Positions 7,757-17,343 of a stretch of DNA of 64,000 nt are shown here, one piece after another. Origin of the DNA: Alphaproteobacteria bacterium (GTDB lineage: Bacteria; Pseudomonadota; Alphaproteobacteria; UBA8366; Aestuariispiraceae); the NCBI GenBank assembly GCA_006844765.1, contig SPJV01000098.1, positions 26,656-90,655 on the forward strand, given 5' to 3'. How positions within the stretch are numbered: position 1 is the stretch's first letter; every line of letters starts with the position of its first letter. Both the position numbers and the translations under genes were made by a program. The notes under the pieces are model-generated. The model saw only the letters and a program-made list of their open reading frames with translations. It did no database searches and was not told the origin of the DNA.

Positions 7757-10081
7757 ATGGGCGTGGGATCAGAAATCTGGGACACCCTGAAGAAGCGCGG
7801 GCACATCATCCTGCCGCTTATCGTGCTGTTGATTGCGACTTGGTCACGCTTTGAATCTTATCAGTGGGTAGAACGCCTGCAGTATGCTGTTTTTGACACA
7901 TTCATGAAGATTGAGGCCAGGGAGTATGACCCGGAGGCTGGCGTGCGGATCGTTGATATTGACGATGAATCCCTAGAGCGGATCGGTCAATGGCCTTGGT
8001 CGCGCATCAAACTTGCGACGATGATTAACAATCTCAAACAAGCGGGGGCCGCCGTTGTAGCCTTCGACGTCGTGTTTGCAGAGCAAGACCGGACATCGCC
8101 GCGCGTTGCAGCAGAAGAATGGACAGTTTTTGAAGGGGCGGAAGATCTGGTTGAGCAAGTCCGGCAACTCCCCGACTTCGACGAGTATTTTGCGAGTTTT
8201 CTAGAAGCGAGCAATCCAATTGTTTTGGGTTTTGTCCTAACCGGGGGCAAGCTTCATCGTGTTCCTCAGCAACGCGGAAATTTCGCTTATCGTGGGGATG
8301 ACGATCCACGATTGTTTCTCGATAAATACGTTGGAGCTGTATCCAACCTTCCGATTCTGGAGAAGGCGGCTGCAGGCGCAGGAAGCATTAATGTTGTGCC
8401 GGAAATTGATGGCATTATTCGACGTGTGCCTCTGCTTTTTCAGCTCTCAGAAGACCTTATTCCCGAAGAGCAACATTCAGGCGTTCCCGGTCTTTATCCG
8501 TCGCTCGTACTTGAAGCGCTTCGGACGGTTCAAGGTAAGAAAACAACAAAAATACGAACGTCTTCGGGTATCGACAAAGAAAAAGAGGCTCTGGTCAGGC
8601 AGCATAGAGGGATTAACTTCATCCAGGTTGGCTCTGCGCGCGTACCCACTGATCTAAGAGGCCGTATTTGGCTCCACACAACCGGACACAGAAGCGAGCG
8701 TTATGTGCCCGCGTGGAAGGTGCTTGCAGGAGATTTCGACCCTTCTTTTATCGAGAACAAGGTGGTCTTTGTCGGGGCCAGTGCGGCAGGATTGCTTGAC
8801 TTGAGAACCACGGTTCTGGATCAGACTTACCCAGGTGTAGAGATTCAGGCTGAAATTGCCGAACAGATTATTCTTCAGCATTTCATCAACCATCCGGATT
8901 GGGCGGTGGTCCCTGAGATTATTTTCATTATCGTCTTAGGTATATTGCTTATCTTCCTCATGCCACGGGCAGGGGCTTTGCGGTCGGCGATTACTGGCGG
9001 TGCGTTCGTTGTTACGGCATTTGCTGTATCGTGGTACATGTTCACTCAAGAAAATCTCCTGTTTGACCCTGTCTATCCCTCCGCATCGACCATGCTGGTT
9101 TATCTTTCAGGGTCATTGGTGATCTTTATGCAGACGGAGGCGGCGAAGGCGCTGGCGGAAGCGGAAAGGGCGCGGGTTCGGACGGCGTTTTCGACTTATC
9201 TGTCGCCGGATCTGGTCAATCAATTGGCGGAAGAGCCTGAGCGTTTGAAGCTGGGGGGGGAGACAAAGACGCTAACCTTCTTGTTCTGCGATGTCCGTGG
9301 CTTCACCACGATTTCAGAAAGCTTCAAAGGCAACCCGCAAGGCCTGACGGTCCTGATCAACCGCTTCCTGACACCGCTGACTAATGAGATTCTGGATCGC
9401 AATGGCACGATCGACAAATACATGGGCGATTGCATCATGGCCTTCTGGAATGCGCCCTTGGATGTGGCAGAGCAGGAGAAGAAAGCCTGTGATGCGGCGC
9501 TTGCGATGTTTGAGGTTCTGCATGCCTTGAATGAAGTGCGCCGGGGCGAGGCGGAAGAAGAGGGTAAACCCTTCCTGGCGCTGAATATCGGGATTGGGTT
9601 GAATACAGGCGAATGTGTGGTCGGAAATATGGGATCTGACCAGCGCTTTGACTATTCGGTCCTTGGGGACGCTGTGAACCTTGCCGCCCGGCTTGAGGGG
9701 CAGTCCAAGGGATATGGTGTCGGCGTGGTGATCGGGCCGGACACAGCGGCGGCTACGCGCGATGATTTCGCGGTTCTTGAGCTCGACCTCATCATGGTGA
9801 AGGGGAAGAAAGAAGCGGTCGATATCTATACCGTCATCGGCCGAAAGGAGATGAGGGATAGCCCGGAATTCGCAGACATGGCAGCGCTTCACCAGGAAAT
9901 GCTGGATGTCTATCGCCAGCAACGGTGGGAAGAGGCAGAGGAGATGATGAGCCGCCTGGAAGGCCGTCTTGATGGGGCCATGGATGGCTTCTACGCAATT
10001 TATCGTGAGCGGATCGCGGATTATCGGCAGAATCCATTGCCAGCGGACTGGGATGGCGTATTTGTCGCAACAACGAAATAG
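7757..10081 (+). CDS. CHASE2 sensor domain-containing class III adenylate/guanylate cyclase
   Basis: The protein has an N-terminal TM segment, a large periplasmic-type region, several further TM segments, and then a cyclase catalytic core (LTFLFCDVRGFTTISE, KYMGDCIMAFWNAP, GLNTGECVVGNMGS, YSVLGDAVNLAARLEG). The start at 7757 is preceded by GAGGAG. Upstream in-frame starts at 7646 and 7724 are less likely. Confidence 0.85.
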   Translation: MGVGSEIWDTLKKRGHIILPLIVLLIATWSRFESYQWVERLQYAVFDTFMKIEAREYDPEAGVRIVDIDDESLERIGQWPWSRIKLATMINNLKQAGAAVVAFDVVFAEQDRTSPRVAAEEWTVFEGAEDLVEQVRQLPDFDEYFASFLEASNPIVLGFVLTGGKLHRVPQQRGNFAYRGDDDPRLFLDKYVGAVSNLPILEKAAAGAGSINVVPEIDGIIRRVPLLFQLSEDLIPEEQHSGVPGLYPSLVLEALRTVQGKKTTKIRTSSGIDKEKEALVRQHRGINFIQVGSARVPTDLRGRIWLHTTGHRSERYVPAWKVLAGDFDPSFIENKVVFVGASAAGLLDLRTTVLDQTYPGVEIQAEIAEQIILQHFINHPDWAVVPEIIFIIVLGILLIFLMPRAGALRSAITGGAFVVTAFAVSWYMFTQENLLFDPVYPSASTMLVYLSGSLVIFMQTEAAKALAEAERARVRTAFSTYLSPDLVNQLAEEPERLKLGGETKTLTFLFCDVRGFTTISESFKGNPQGLTVLINRFLTPLTNEILDRNGTIDKYMGDCIMAFWNAPLDVAEQEKKACDAALAMFEVLHALNEVRRGEAEEEGKPFLALNIGIGLNTGECVVGNMGSDQRFDYSVLGDAVNLAARLEGQSKGYGVGVVIGPDTAAATRDDFAVLELDLIMVKGKKEAVDIYTVIGRKEMRDSPEFADMAALHQEMLDVYRQQRWEEAEEMMSRLEGRLDGAMDGFYAIYRERIADYRQNPLPADWDGVFVATTK

Positions 10082-10302
10082 AAGCATGGCCCTGTCTATG
10101 GACGCCTTGTCTATGGACGGGAACAGGCGCGCAGGATAAGATTCCGAAGAGCCGTAGGATCGTGTTAACTATTTGCGGCTAGATTGGATGTTTGTCCGTG
10201 CGGGGAACCCAAGTAATAGGGAAGCCTGTACGGGTTAATGGATTAGTGTCATGGTATCGGCATGACCTGCGCTATGTGGGGCTGCCGGGGGGACGATAGC
10301 GG

Positions 10303-12093
10303 ATGGGTTCGGACATCGCTGAAGACGATATCGACGAACAGGAAAGGCGTGATAGCGCCTTCGGTCGTCGTAGCGGTGAGCGAATGGTCCATCGCTTGGT
10401 GGAACTCGGTATCGCGCTTTCCTCCGAAAAGGACCATGATCGCCTGATGGAGATGATCCTCCTAGAGGCAAAAAGCATTTATAATGCCGATGGTGGGACG
10501 CTCTATCTGGTTACCGATGATGAGAAGGGGCTGTCCTTCCAGATCATGCGGAACGACACCTTGAATATCGCCATGGGCGGGACGACCGGCCGGTCCATTC
10601 CCTTCCCTCCGGTTCCTCTGTTTCGCGACGACGAGGAAACGGGGAAGCCGGCGAAGAACCTGAACAATGTTGCTTCTGCGGTCTATCACAGCGGCAAGGC
10701 GAGCAATATTGAAGACGCCTATGAGGATCAGTCCTATGACTTTTCCGGCACCAAGAAATTCGACCAAACGACCGGTTATCGATCACAATCCTTCCTGACG
10801 GTCCCGATGATCAATACGGAGGCTGAGGTGATCGGCGTCCTGCAATTGATCAATGCGCGTGATGGGGGGGGATCTCCGACTTCCTTCGATAGCTCCAGTC
10901 AGCCGATGATTGAAGCGCTGACCAGTCAGGCGGCGGTCGCGCTTGAAAACCAGATACTGATCCACCAGCAGCGCAATCTCTGGGATAGCTTGATCGAGAT
11001 GCTCGCGTCCTCGATCGATGACAAGTCACCTTATACCGGCGGCCATTGTCAGCGTGTGCCCATCATCTCGAAGCTTCTGGCGCGAGCTGCCTGCGATAGC
11101 GATGAAGGCAGCTTTGCCGATTTCGACCTGACGGAAGATGAATGGTACGAATTGCATGTGGCGGCCTGGCTGCATGATTGTGGCAAGGTTACGACACCGG
11201 AATATGTGGTCGATAAGGCGTCCAAGCTGGAGACGATCTACAACCGCATTCACGAGATTCGGACCCGCTTCGACGTGTTGCGTCGGGATGCGGAAATCCA
11301 TTGCCTGAAGCGTAAGCTGTCCGGGGAAGACCCAGCGGAGGCTGATGCAGAGTTTGAGGCTGCCTGTGCCCGCTTGCAGGAAGAATATGTCTTTGTCGCC
11401 AAGGCCAATGTCGGCGGTGAATTCATGGATGACGCTGATATCGACCGGCTGAAGGAAATCGGCGCGCAGACTTGGGTCCGCCACTACGACAAGCTGGAAG
11501 GGCTGAGCCCGCCGGAGGCATTCCGGGCGAAGGCAAACCCACCGCCTGTCCCGCCTGCGACAGAGCCCCTGTTGGGCGATCTACCCGACCATGTCGTCGG
11601 CAAGTACAATCTGGGCGAACTCTACAATCTCGCCATCCGACGCGGGACCTTGACCGCCGAAGAACGCGATACCATCAATGACCATATCGTGGTCACAATT
11701 AAGATGCTGGAAAACCTGCCCTTCCCGAAGAAGATGCGGCGGGTGCCGGAATATGCCGGCGGGCATCATGAGAAGATGGACGGCACCGGCTATCCGCGCG
11801 GCTTGCGCAGGGAAGACATGTCGATCCCCGCGCGGATCATGGCCATCGGCGATATCTTTGAAGCACTCACGGCCGCGGACCGGCCCTATAAGGCGGCTAA
11901 GACGGTCAGTGAATCTTTGAGGATCATGGGCTTCATGGTCAAAGACCAACATATCGATCAGGAACTTTTTGAGCTGTTCCTTCGTTCCGGCGTCTGGAAA
12001 GAATATGCCGATCAGTATCTGGAACCCTTCCAGATCGATGAAGTCGATATCAACGATTACCTTCCCAAGCCGGCGAAGGAAGAAGCGGGTTAA
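10303..12093 (+). CDS. GAF domain-containing HD-GYP phosphodiesterase (c-di-GMP hydrolase family)
   Basis: The N-terminus is GAF-like (LMEMILLEAKSIYNADGGTLYLV ... VIGVLQLINAR). HD-GYP signatures follow: AAWLHDCGKV and GGHHEKMDGTGYPRGL. Confidence 0.85.
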   Translation: MGSDIAEDDIDEQERRDSAFGRRSGERMVHRLVELGIALSSEKDHDRLMEMILLEAKSIYNADGGTLYLVTDDEKGLSFQIMRNDTLNIAMGGTTGRSIPFPPVPLFRDDEETGKPAKNLNNVASAVYHSGKASNIEDAYEDQSYDFSGTKKFDQTTGYRSQSFLTVPMINTEAEVIGVLQLINARDGGGSPTSFDSSSQPMIEALTSQAAVALENQILIHQQRNLWDSLIEMLASSIDDKSPYTGGHCQRVPIISKLLARAACDSDEGSFADFDLTEDEWYELHVAAWLHDCGKVTTPEYVVDKASKLETIYNRIHEIRTRFDVLRRDAEIHCLKRKLSGEDPAEADAEFEAACARLQEEYVFVAKANVGGEFMDDADIDRLKEIGAQTWVRHYDKLEGLSPPEAFRAKANPPPVPPATEPLLGDLPDHVVGKYNLGELYNLAIRRGTLTAEERDTINDHIVVTIKMLENLPFPKKMRRVPEYAGGHHEKMDGTGYPRGLRREDMSIPARIMAIGDIFEALTAADRPYKAAKTVSESLRIMGFMVKDQHIDQELFELFLRSGVWKEYADQYLEPFQIDEVDINDYLPKPAKEEAG

Positions 12094-12347
12094 TCTGCTG
12101 TCTAACCTGCCTGCTAAATCTCCTGGAAGAATGCGCGGCACCGTTTCCAGACAATGGCTGCACCCCAATCCCCGACTTATCCGTACTGCCCCTGATCCGT
12201 ACTGCCACTCTCTACGTAGGTTTAACTAACCACTGTAGGCGGGGCGGCCTATGGGCGACCTGACCCTTTCCATCTGGTTTGACAGCGAAAGGCGCTGGAT
12301 TGATTGGCGGTGAAAAGGCATGTCGCATAACGGGACGGATAACACGC

Positions 12348-13109
12348 ATGGCGAAAATCATCTGGATCACCGGGGGCAGTTCGGGGCTCGGTTCGGCATT
12401 CGCCCGCCATGCAGCGGCGCAGGGCGCGACTGTTGCGGTAAGTGCTCGTCGTCCCGAGTTATTGGCAGAGCTCGCGGCAATGGGGCAGGGGCATATCCAT
12501 GCCTTTCCACTCGATGTAACGGATGAAGCGGCGACCGAAGCTGTCGTTTCGGAAATAGAAGACCGCCTCGGCCCCATAGATATCGCCGTTCTCAATGCCG
12601 GGACGCATCAGGAAACGCCGGTTACCGGCTTCAAGGCAGCGGATGTTGAGAGACTGACCGCCTTGAACCTCATCGGTACCGCGAAAGGCGTTGAGGCACT
12701 TCTGCCCCGAATGACGGCGCGCCGGTCGGGGCGGCTGGCCTTGGTCGCCTCTCTTGCCGGGTATCGTGGCTTGCCTAGGGCGGCGGGGTATAGCGCCTCT
12801 AAAGCCGCTGTGATTGCGATGGCCGAATCACTGAAGCCGGAGTTGGATGCGTTTGGCGTCACGATCCAGGTTATCAACCCCGGATTTGTGCGGACGCCGT
12901 TAACGGATAAGAACGACTTTCCCATGCCCTATCTGATGGAACCGGAAGAGGCGGCGCAGCGCATGTGGCGGGGTCTTCAAGGGAACCGCTTTGAGATATC
13001 ATTTCCCCGCCGCTTCGTCTGGCAGATGAAGCTTTTACAACGACTGCCGGATCCGCTCTATTTTTGGTCGGTGAAGCAGATCACGGGCGTGGGAAAGACC
13101 AATGGATAA
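12348..13109 (+). CDS. Short-chain dehydrogenase/reductase (SDR)
   Basis: The cofactor motif ITGGSSGLGSAFA sits at the N-terminus. The catalytic YSASK and a NAG motif are present. The start was chosen at MAKIIWITGG. Confidence 0.85.
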   Translation: MAKIIWITGGSSGLGSAFARHAAAQGATVAVSARRPELLAELAAMGQGHIHAFPLDVTDEAATEAVVSEIEDRLGPIDIAVLNAGTHQETPVTGFKAADVERLTALNLIGTAKGVEALLPRMTARRSGRLALVASLAGYRGLPRAAGYSASKAAVIAMAESLKPELDAFGVTIQVINPGFVRTPLTDKNDFPMPYLMEPEEAAQRMWRGLQGNRFEISFPRRFVWQMKLLQRLPDPLYFWSVKQITGVGKTNG

Positions 13110-13533
13110 GGCCGCGATACAGCGCTGGGCAACAGCATTTGAGACGCTGAGCCCTGATACGCTTGATGCCTTGATCGCCTTGGCCGATCCGAACATCCGC
13201 TTCAAAGACCCGTTCAATGATGTAACCGGCCATGCGCCGTTGCGGGCGGTCTTTGCGGAGATGTTTGAGACCTGTGAGACCCCCCGTTTTACAATCCGCG
13301 ATATCGCGTATGGGGAGAAGGCTGCCTATATCCGATGGGAATTCTCCTTCACGCCCAAAGTCATGAGGCGCCGTGGTCCCTGGGTCATCGAAGGAATGTC
13401 GGAAGTAACGACATCTCCGGACGGCCGGATTACTTCGCATATTGATCATTGGGATGCGGCGACGGGGATTCTTGCCCGCCTGCCTGGCATCGGCGGTTTG
13501 ATCCGCTGGATTCTGCGGCGTCTCGCCACTTAA
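13102..13533 (+). CDS. NTF2/SnoaL-like fold protein
   Basis: 143-aa ORF overlapping the SDR gene by 8 nt. The N-terminal pattern (AFETLSPDTLDALIALADPNIRFKDPFNDVTG) is typical of SnoaL-like proteins. Confidence 0.65.
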   Translation: MDKAAIQRWATAFETLSPDTLDALIALADPNIRFKDPFNDVTGHAPLRAVFAEMFETCETPRFTIRDIAYGEKAAYIRWEFSFTPKVMRRRGPWVIEGMSEVTTSPDGRITSHIDHWDAATGILARLPGIGGLIRWILRRLAT

Positions 13534-13826
13534 GAGCAGCTTCACGAAACCCTATTCACTATTCGAAACCGGCATTGTTCGAGGTATCGGTAAGAGCTGG
13601 ACCAGTATTCATCTCAATATTGGCCCAAGTTTTGCAAATTTATTACTTAACGTTCGAATCCGAACGGCGTAGTGTTTCTCGTGTACCAAAGCCCTGGAGG
13701 GTAAAACGATGGTCGAGATGCAAGTTTGTAAAAGCTCGAGTAAGGAACGGGATCCGGAACATCCGCTGGAAGGTCCGCATCCGACGGACTGAAGGACGGC
13801 TCGGGTTTATTCCTCTGCGGACGCGC

Positions 13827-14498
13827 CTAGCGGAATACTTCCCCAAAGGCCGTTTGTAGGGCGATGTCCAGATCGGTCATGCTGGCCGGTAGACCCAGGT
13901 CTACCAGTGACGTTACCCCCAGCCCTTCTTCACCGATGCCACAGGGCACAATCCCGTCGAAATGCGAAAGGTTCGGTTCGACATTGATGGCGATGCCGTG
14001 AAAGGCAACCCATTTGCGCACCCGGACACCGATGGCGGCGACCTTGTCCTCCCGAAAGGCCCCACCGGGATCGGAACGATCAACCCAGATGCCGACCCGA
14101 CCCTCGCGCCGTTCCCCCTTGATGTTGAAAAGCTGCAAGCTGCGGATCACCCATTCTTCCAGATCATGAACATAGCAGCGGATATCCGGTCCGCGCCGCT
14201 TCAGGTCAATCATCGCATAGGCAACCCGCTGTCCCGGCCCGTGATAGGTGAATTGCCCGCCGCGCCCTGTTTCATAGACGGGGAATCGGTCGGGGCTCAG
14301 CAGGTCTTCCCGCCGCGCGCTTGTCCCGGCGGTATAGAGCGGCGGGTGTTCCAGCAACCAGACGCATTCCGGTGCCGCGCCCTCTGCGATCTCCGCAACC
14401 CGGCGTTCCATGAAGTCGAGCGCATCGGGATACGCTACGGGCTCGTCGCTGATCCGCCATTCAAGGTCGTTTCCGACCGGATTTCTCTTTGTTGCCAT
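13827..14498 (-). CDS. lipB: Octanoyltransferase (lipoyl(octanoyl) transferase) LipB
   Basis: Only the last 223 codons of the 787-aa minus-strand ORF are LipB-like: [46 protein letters not shown] and PCGI. The ATG is at 14496-14498. Confidence 0.9.
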   Translation of the reverse strand: MATKRNPVGNDLEWRISDEPVAYPDALDFMERRVAEIAEGAAPECVWLLEHPPLYTAGTSARREDLLSPDRFPVYETGRGGQFTYHGPGQRVAYAMIDLKRRGPDIRCYVHDLEEWVIRSLQLFNIKGERREGRVGIWVDRSDPGGAFREDKVAAIGVRVRKWVAFHGIAINVEPNLSHFDGIVPCGIGEEGLGVTSLVDLGLPASMTDLDIALQTAFGEVFR

Positions 14499-14610
14499 TT
14501 TCCTGGTCCAATTGTTCAGGCCGTGCTTGATCGCACTGATCTCATTTGCTAGATCATCCCGCCGCTGCCAACAATCCCCTCGCGAAGGGGCGGCAGCGAA
14601 ACTTGAAAGT

Positions 14611-14697
14611 GCGGTCGTGGCGGAATTGGTAGACGCGCAGCGTTGAGGTCGCTGTCCGGTAACACGGGTGGAAGTTCGAGTCTTCTCGACCGCACCA
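14611..14697 (+). tRNA. tRNA-Leu (anticodon GAG), class II with long variable arm, encoded CCA
   Basis: Hand-folded cloverleaf. The acceptor stem is GCGGTCG/CGACCGC. The D-arm is GCG-GAATTGGTAGA-CGC. The anticodon stem CAGCG/CGCTG carries loop TTGAGGT. The variable arm is TCCGGTAACACGGGT. The T-arm is GGAAG-TTCGAGT-CTTCT. The discriminator is A, followed by CCA. Confidence 0.95.
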
Positions 14698-14880
14698 CAA
14701 AGCTTTCCTTCGGAAAGCTTACTTTCTAGATAGTAGCACAGAGCGACAGCTGTTTGCGGAGCAAACCGCGAGAGCCTACTTTTGCCGAAACCTTCTCCAG
14801 TCCACGCCCCACAAAGCTTTCCTTCGGAAAGCCTACTTTCTAGATAGTAGCACAGAGCGGCAGCTGTTTGCGGAGCAAAC
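14691..14880. repeat. 76-nt direct repeat, two copies with a 114-nt period (14691-14766 and 14805-14880); copy 1 begins in the last 7 nt of tRNA-Leu
   Basis: Manual alignment gives 73 of 76 identical positions. Each copy has hairpin AAGCTTTCC-TTC-GGAAAGCTT and hairpin GTTTGC-GGA-GCAAAC. Confidence 0.9.
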
Positions 14881-15062
14881 GGTGTCAGCACGCTGTTTAC
14901 AGCAGTTTCCACAATCCCAATCGACCTTCGTTCATTCTTTCCTGCGTTGAACCGGGGCGGGTGAGACTTCGCGCGTGATACCTGGGGGGTGGTTCTGTAT
15001 TGTGGGGAGTTCCCGATGCCTCTTTGGTGTTGGGGCGGTTTGATTGTTTGGGGGGCAGGGTA

Positions 15063-17336
15063 ATGGCCAGTAAGTTTGATGAAGAAGCGCTCTATTATCA
15101 CCGGATGCATCCGCCGGGGAAGCTGGAGGTCACGGCGACCAAGCCGATGGCGAACCAGCGGGATTTGAGCCTTGCCTATTCCCCCGGTGTCGCGGCGGCC
15201 TGTAACGCGATTGTTGATGATCCGCTCGAAGCCTCTGCCGTAACAGCGCGGGGCAATCTGGTGGGCGTGATTACCAACGGCACGGCAGTTCTGGGGCTGG
15301 GACCCATTGGCGCGCTGGCCTCCAAACCAGTGATGGAGGGGAAGGCGGTTCTGTTCAAGAAGTTCGCCGGGATCGACGTCTTCGATATCGAGGTTGAAGA
15401 ACGGGATATCGATAAATTCTGTAATGTGGTTGCCGCCTTGGAGCCGACCTTCGGCGGGATCAATCTGGAAGATATCAAAGCGCCGGAATGTTTTGAGATC
15501 GAAAAGCAGCTGAGGGAGCGGATGAATATCCCGGTCTTCCATGATGATCAGCATGGCACGGCGATCATCGTTGCAGCGGCGGTCTATAATGCATTGGAAA
15601 TCGTTGGGAAGCCCTTTGAGGATGTGAAGATAGTCTGTTCCGGCGCGGGCGCCGCAGCGCTTGCCTGCCTCGCGATGCTGGAGGCGATGGGTGCGCGGCG
15701 GGAGAACATCTTTGTCTGCGATATCGTCGGGCTGGTCTATGAAGGCCGCGCGGAACAGATGGACCAGTATAAGGGCATCTATGCCAAACAGACTGACGAC
15801 CGGACGCTGGATGATGTGATTGGCGGTGCGGATGTCTTCCTGGGGCTCTCCGCACCCAAGGTGTTGAACCAGGATATGGTCAAGAAGATGGCGGCGGACC
15901 CGTTGATCCTGGCGCTGGCCAATCCGACGCCGGAGATCCTGCCGGAAGAGGCGAAGGCGGTTCGCCCGGATGCGATCTGTGGCACGGGCCGGTCGGATTA
16001 TCCCAATCAGGTGAATAACGTCCTCTGCTTTCCTTTCATCTTCCGGGGCGCACTGGATTGTGGCGCCACGACGATCAATGAGGAAATGAAGGTTGCCTGT
16101 GTGAAGGCGATTGCGGCCCTTGCCCGGCGAGAAGTCTCTGACGTCGTTGCCAAGGCCTATGGCGATGTGTCCGGCTTTGGGAAGGATCATTTGATCCCGA
16201 GACCCTTTGACCCTCGCCTTATTCTTGAGGTCGCGCCGGCTGTCGCTGAAGCTGCCCGGGAAAGCGGTGTCGCGACCCGTCCTATTGAGGATATGGACGC
16301 CTATCGGGATCGGCTTGCGTCATTCGTTTATCGCTCCGGCACGGTCATGAAGCCGGTCTTCGATCACGCGCAATCGGACCCCAAACGCGTTGTTTTCGCG
16401 GAAGGGGAGGATGAGCGCGTCCTGCGGGCGGTTCGGTTCATTGTCGATGATGGCTTGGCGCAGCCGATCCTGATCGGACGCCGTGCCGTGGTGGCGCAGC
16501 GCATTGAAAAGCTGGGCCTACGGTTGGAAATCGATAAGGATTTTGAGCTTTGCGATCCGGAGAATGACAGCCGCTACAAGACCTATTGGACGGAATACCA
16601 ACGGATCATGGGACGCAACGGCGTGTCCCCGCAATATGCACAACAGGTCGTGCGGACGCGGACAACGGTGATCGGGGCGTTGATGGTGCATCTGGGCGAC
16701 GCGGATGCGCTGATCTGCGGGACGGTCGGTTTGTTCTCGCGCGAACTGAAATATGTCCAGGATGTGATTGGCATCCGGGAGGGTGTTCAGGACCTGTCGA
16801 CCATGAATATGCTGGTCTTGCAAAAGGGCGTCTATTTCCTGGCCGACACCCATGTCAGCTATGAGCCGACCGCGGAAGAACTGGCAGAAATGGCAATTCT
16901 ATCCGCGGAAGAGGTACGCCGGTTTGGGATCGAACCACGGGTGGCGATGCTGTCCCACTCCAATTTCGGCACGATGGATACGCCTTCGGCGCGTCGCATG
17001 CGGGATGCGGTGGCGATCTTGCAGGAAACAACGGATCTGGAGGTCGATGGGGAGATGCATGCGGATACCGCGCTTGATCCTTTCCTCCGCCAGACGCTGT
17101 TGCCGGACTGTGCATTGAAGAAGAATGCCAATCTGTTAATCATGCCGTCACTCGACGCGGCCAATATCGCCTATAACATGGTGAAAATGCTGGGGGATGG
17201 TTTATCTGTTGGACCGATCCTGGTCGGGGCGGCAAAACCGGTCCATATTCTGACACCGGCGGTTACAGTGCGCGGGATCGTCAACATGACCGCCCTTGCG
17301 GTGGTCGATGCTCAGGAATGGGCGAAACAAGGTTAA
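15063..17336 (+). CDS. maeB: NADP-dependent malic enzyme (malic enzyme domain fused to a phosphotransacetylase-like domain)
   Basis: The N-terminus is [23 protein letters not shown]. Malic enzyme signatures are present ([22 protein letters not shown]). A C-terminal PTA-like domain of about 330 aa follows. Confidence 0.9.
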   Translation: MASKFDEEALYYHRMHPPGKLEVTATKPMANQRDLSLAYSPGVAAACNAIVDDPLEASAVTARGNLVGVITNGTAVLGLGPIGALASKPVMEGKAVLFKKFAGIDVFDIEVEERDIDKFCNVVAALEPTFGGINLEDIKAPECFEIEKQLRERMNIPVFHDDQHGTAIIVAAAVYNALEIVGKPFEDVKIVCSGAGAAALACLAMLEAMGARRENIFVCDIVGLVYEGRAEQMDQYKGIYAKQTDDRTLDDVIGGADVFLGLSAPKVLNQDMVKKMAADPLILALANPTPEILPEEAKAVRPDAICGTGRSDYPNQVNNVLCFPFIFRGALDCGATTINEEMKVACVKAIAALARREVSDVVAKAYGDVSGFGKDHLIPRPFDPRLILEVAPAVAEAARESGVATRPIEDMDAYRDRLASFVYRSGTVMKPVFDHAQSDPKRVVFAEGEDERVLRAVRFIVDDGLAQPILIGRRAVVAQRIEKLGLRLEIDKDFELCDPENDSRYKTYWTEYQRIMGRNGVSPQYAQQVVRTRTTVIGALMVHLGDADALICGTVGLFSRELKYVQDVIGIREGVQDLSTMNMLVLQKGVYFLADTHVSYEPTAEELAEMAILSAEEVRRFGIEPRVAMLSHSNFGTMDTPSARRMRDAVAILQETTDLEVDGEMHADTALDPFLRQTLLPDCALKKNANLLIMPSLDAANIAYNMVKMLGDGLSVGPILVGAAKPVHILTPAVTVRGIVNMTALAVVDAQEWAKQG

Positions 17337-17343
17337 GCGCAAG

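Noticed and set aside
10200-10300. AATAGGGAAGCC... in the HD-GYP leader looked like the core of a cobalamin riboswitch
   Set aside because: The GGTG segment, the B12 box (GCCACTG) and the required pairing partners are absent. An HD-GYP gene is also not a plausible B12-regulated gene.
13651-13666. GTTCGAATCC-like string suggested a tRNA T-arm, tRNA fragment or tmRNA piece
   Set aside because: No acceptor, D or anticodon arms can be folded around it, and no tag-peptide reading frame is nearby. It is simply a 6-bp hairpin (CGTTCG-AATC-CGAACG).
14691-14880. Regularly spaced repeats considered as a CRISPR array
   Set aside because: There are only two copies. The units are 76 nt long with a 38-nt spacer, no cas genes are present, and the repeat is anchored in a tRNA 3' end. 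It is reported instead as a tRNA-linked direct repeat.
14499-16190. Upper 564 codons of the 787-aa minus-strand ORF (13827-16190)
   Set aside because: Only the last 223 codons are LipB-like. The rest runs antisense through tRNA-Leu, the 76-nt repeats and the start of maeB, and its composition is Arg/Pro/Gly-rich and not protein-like. I treat it as a GC-driven shadow ORF.
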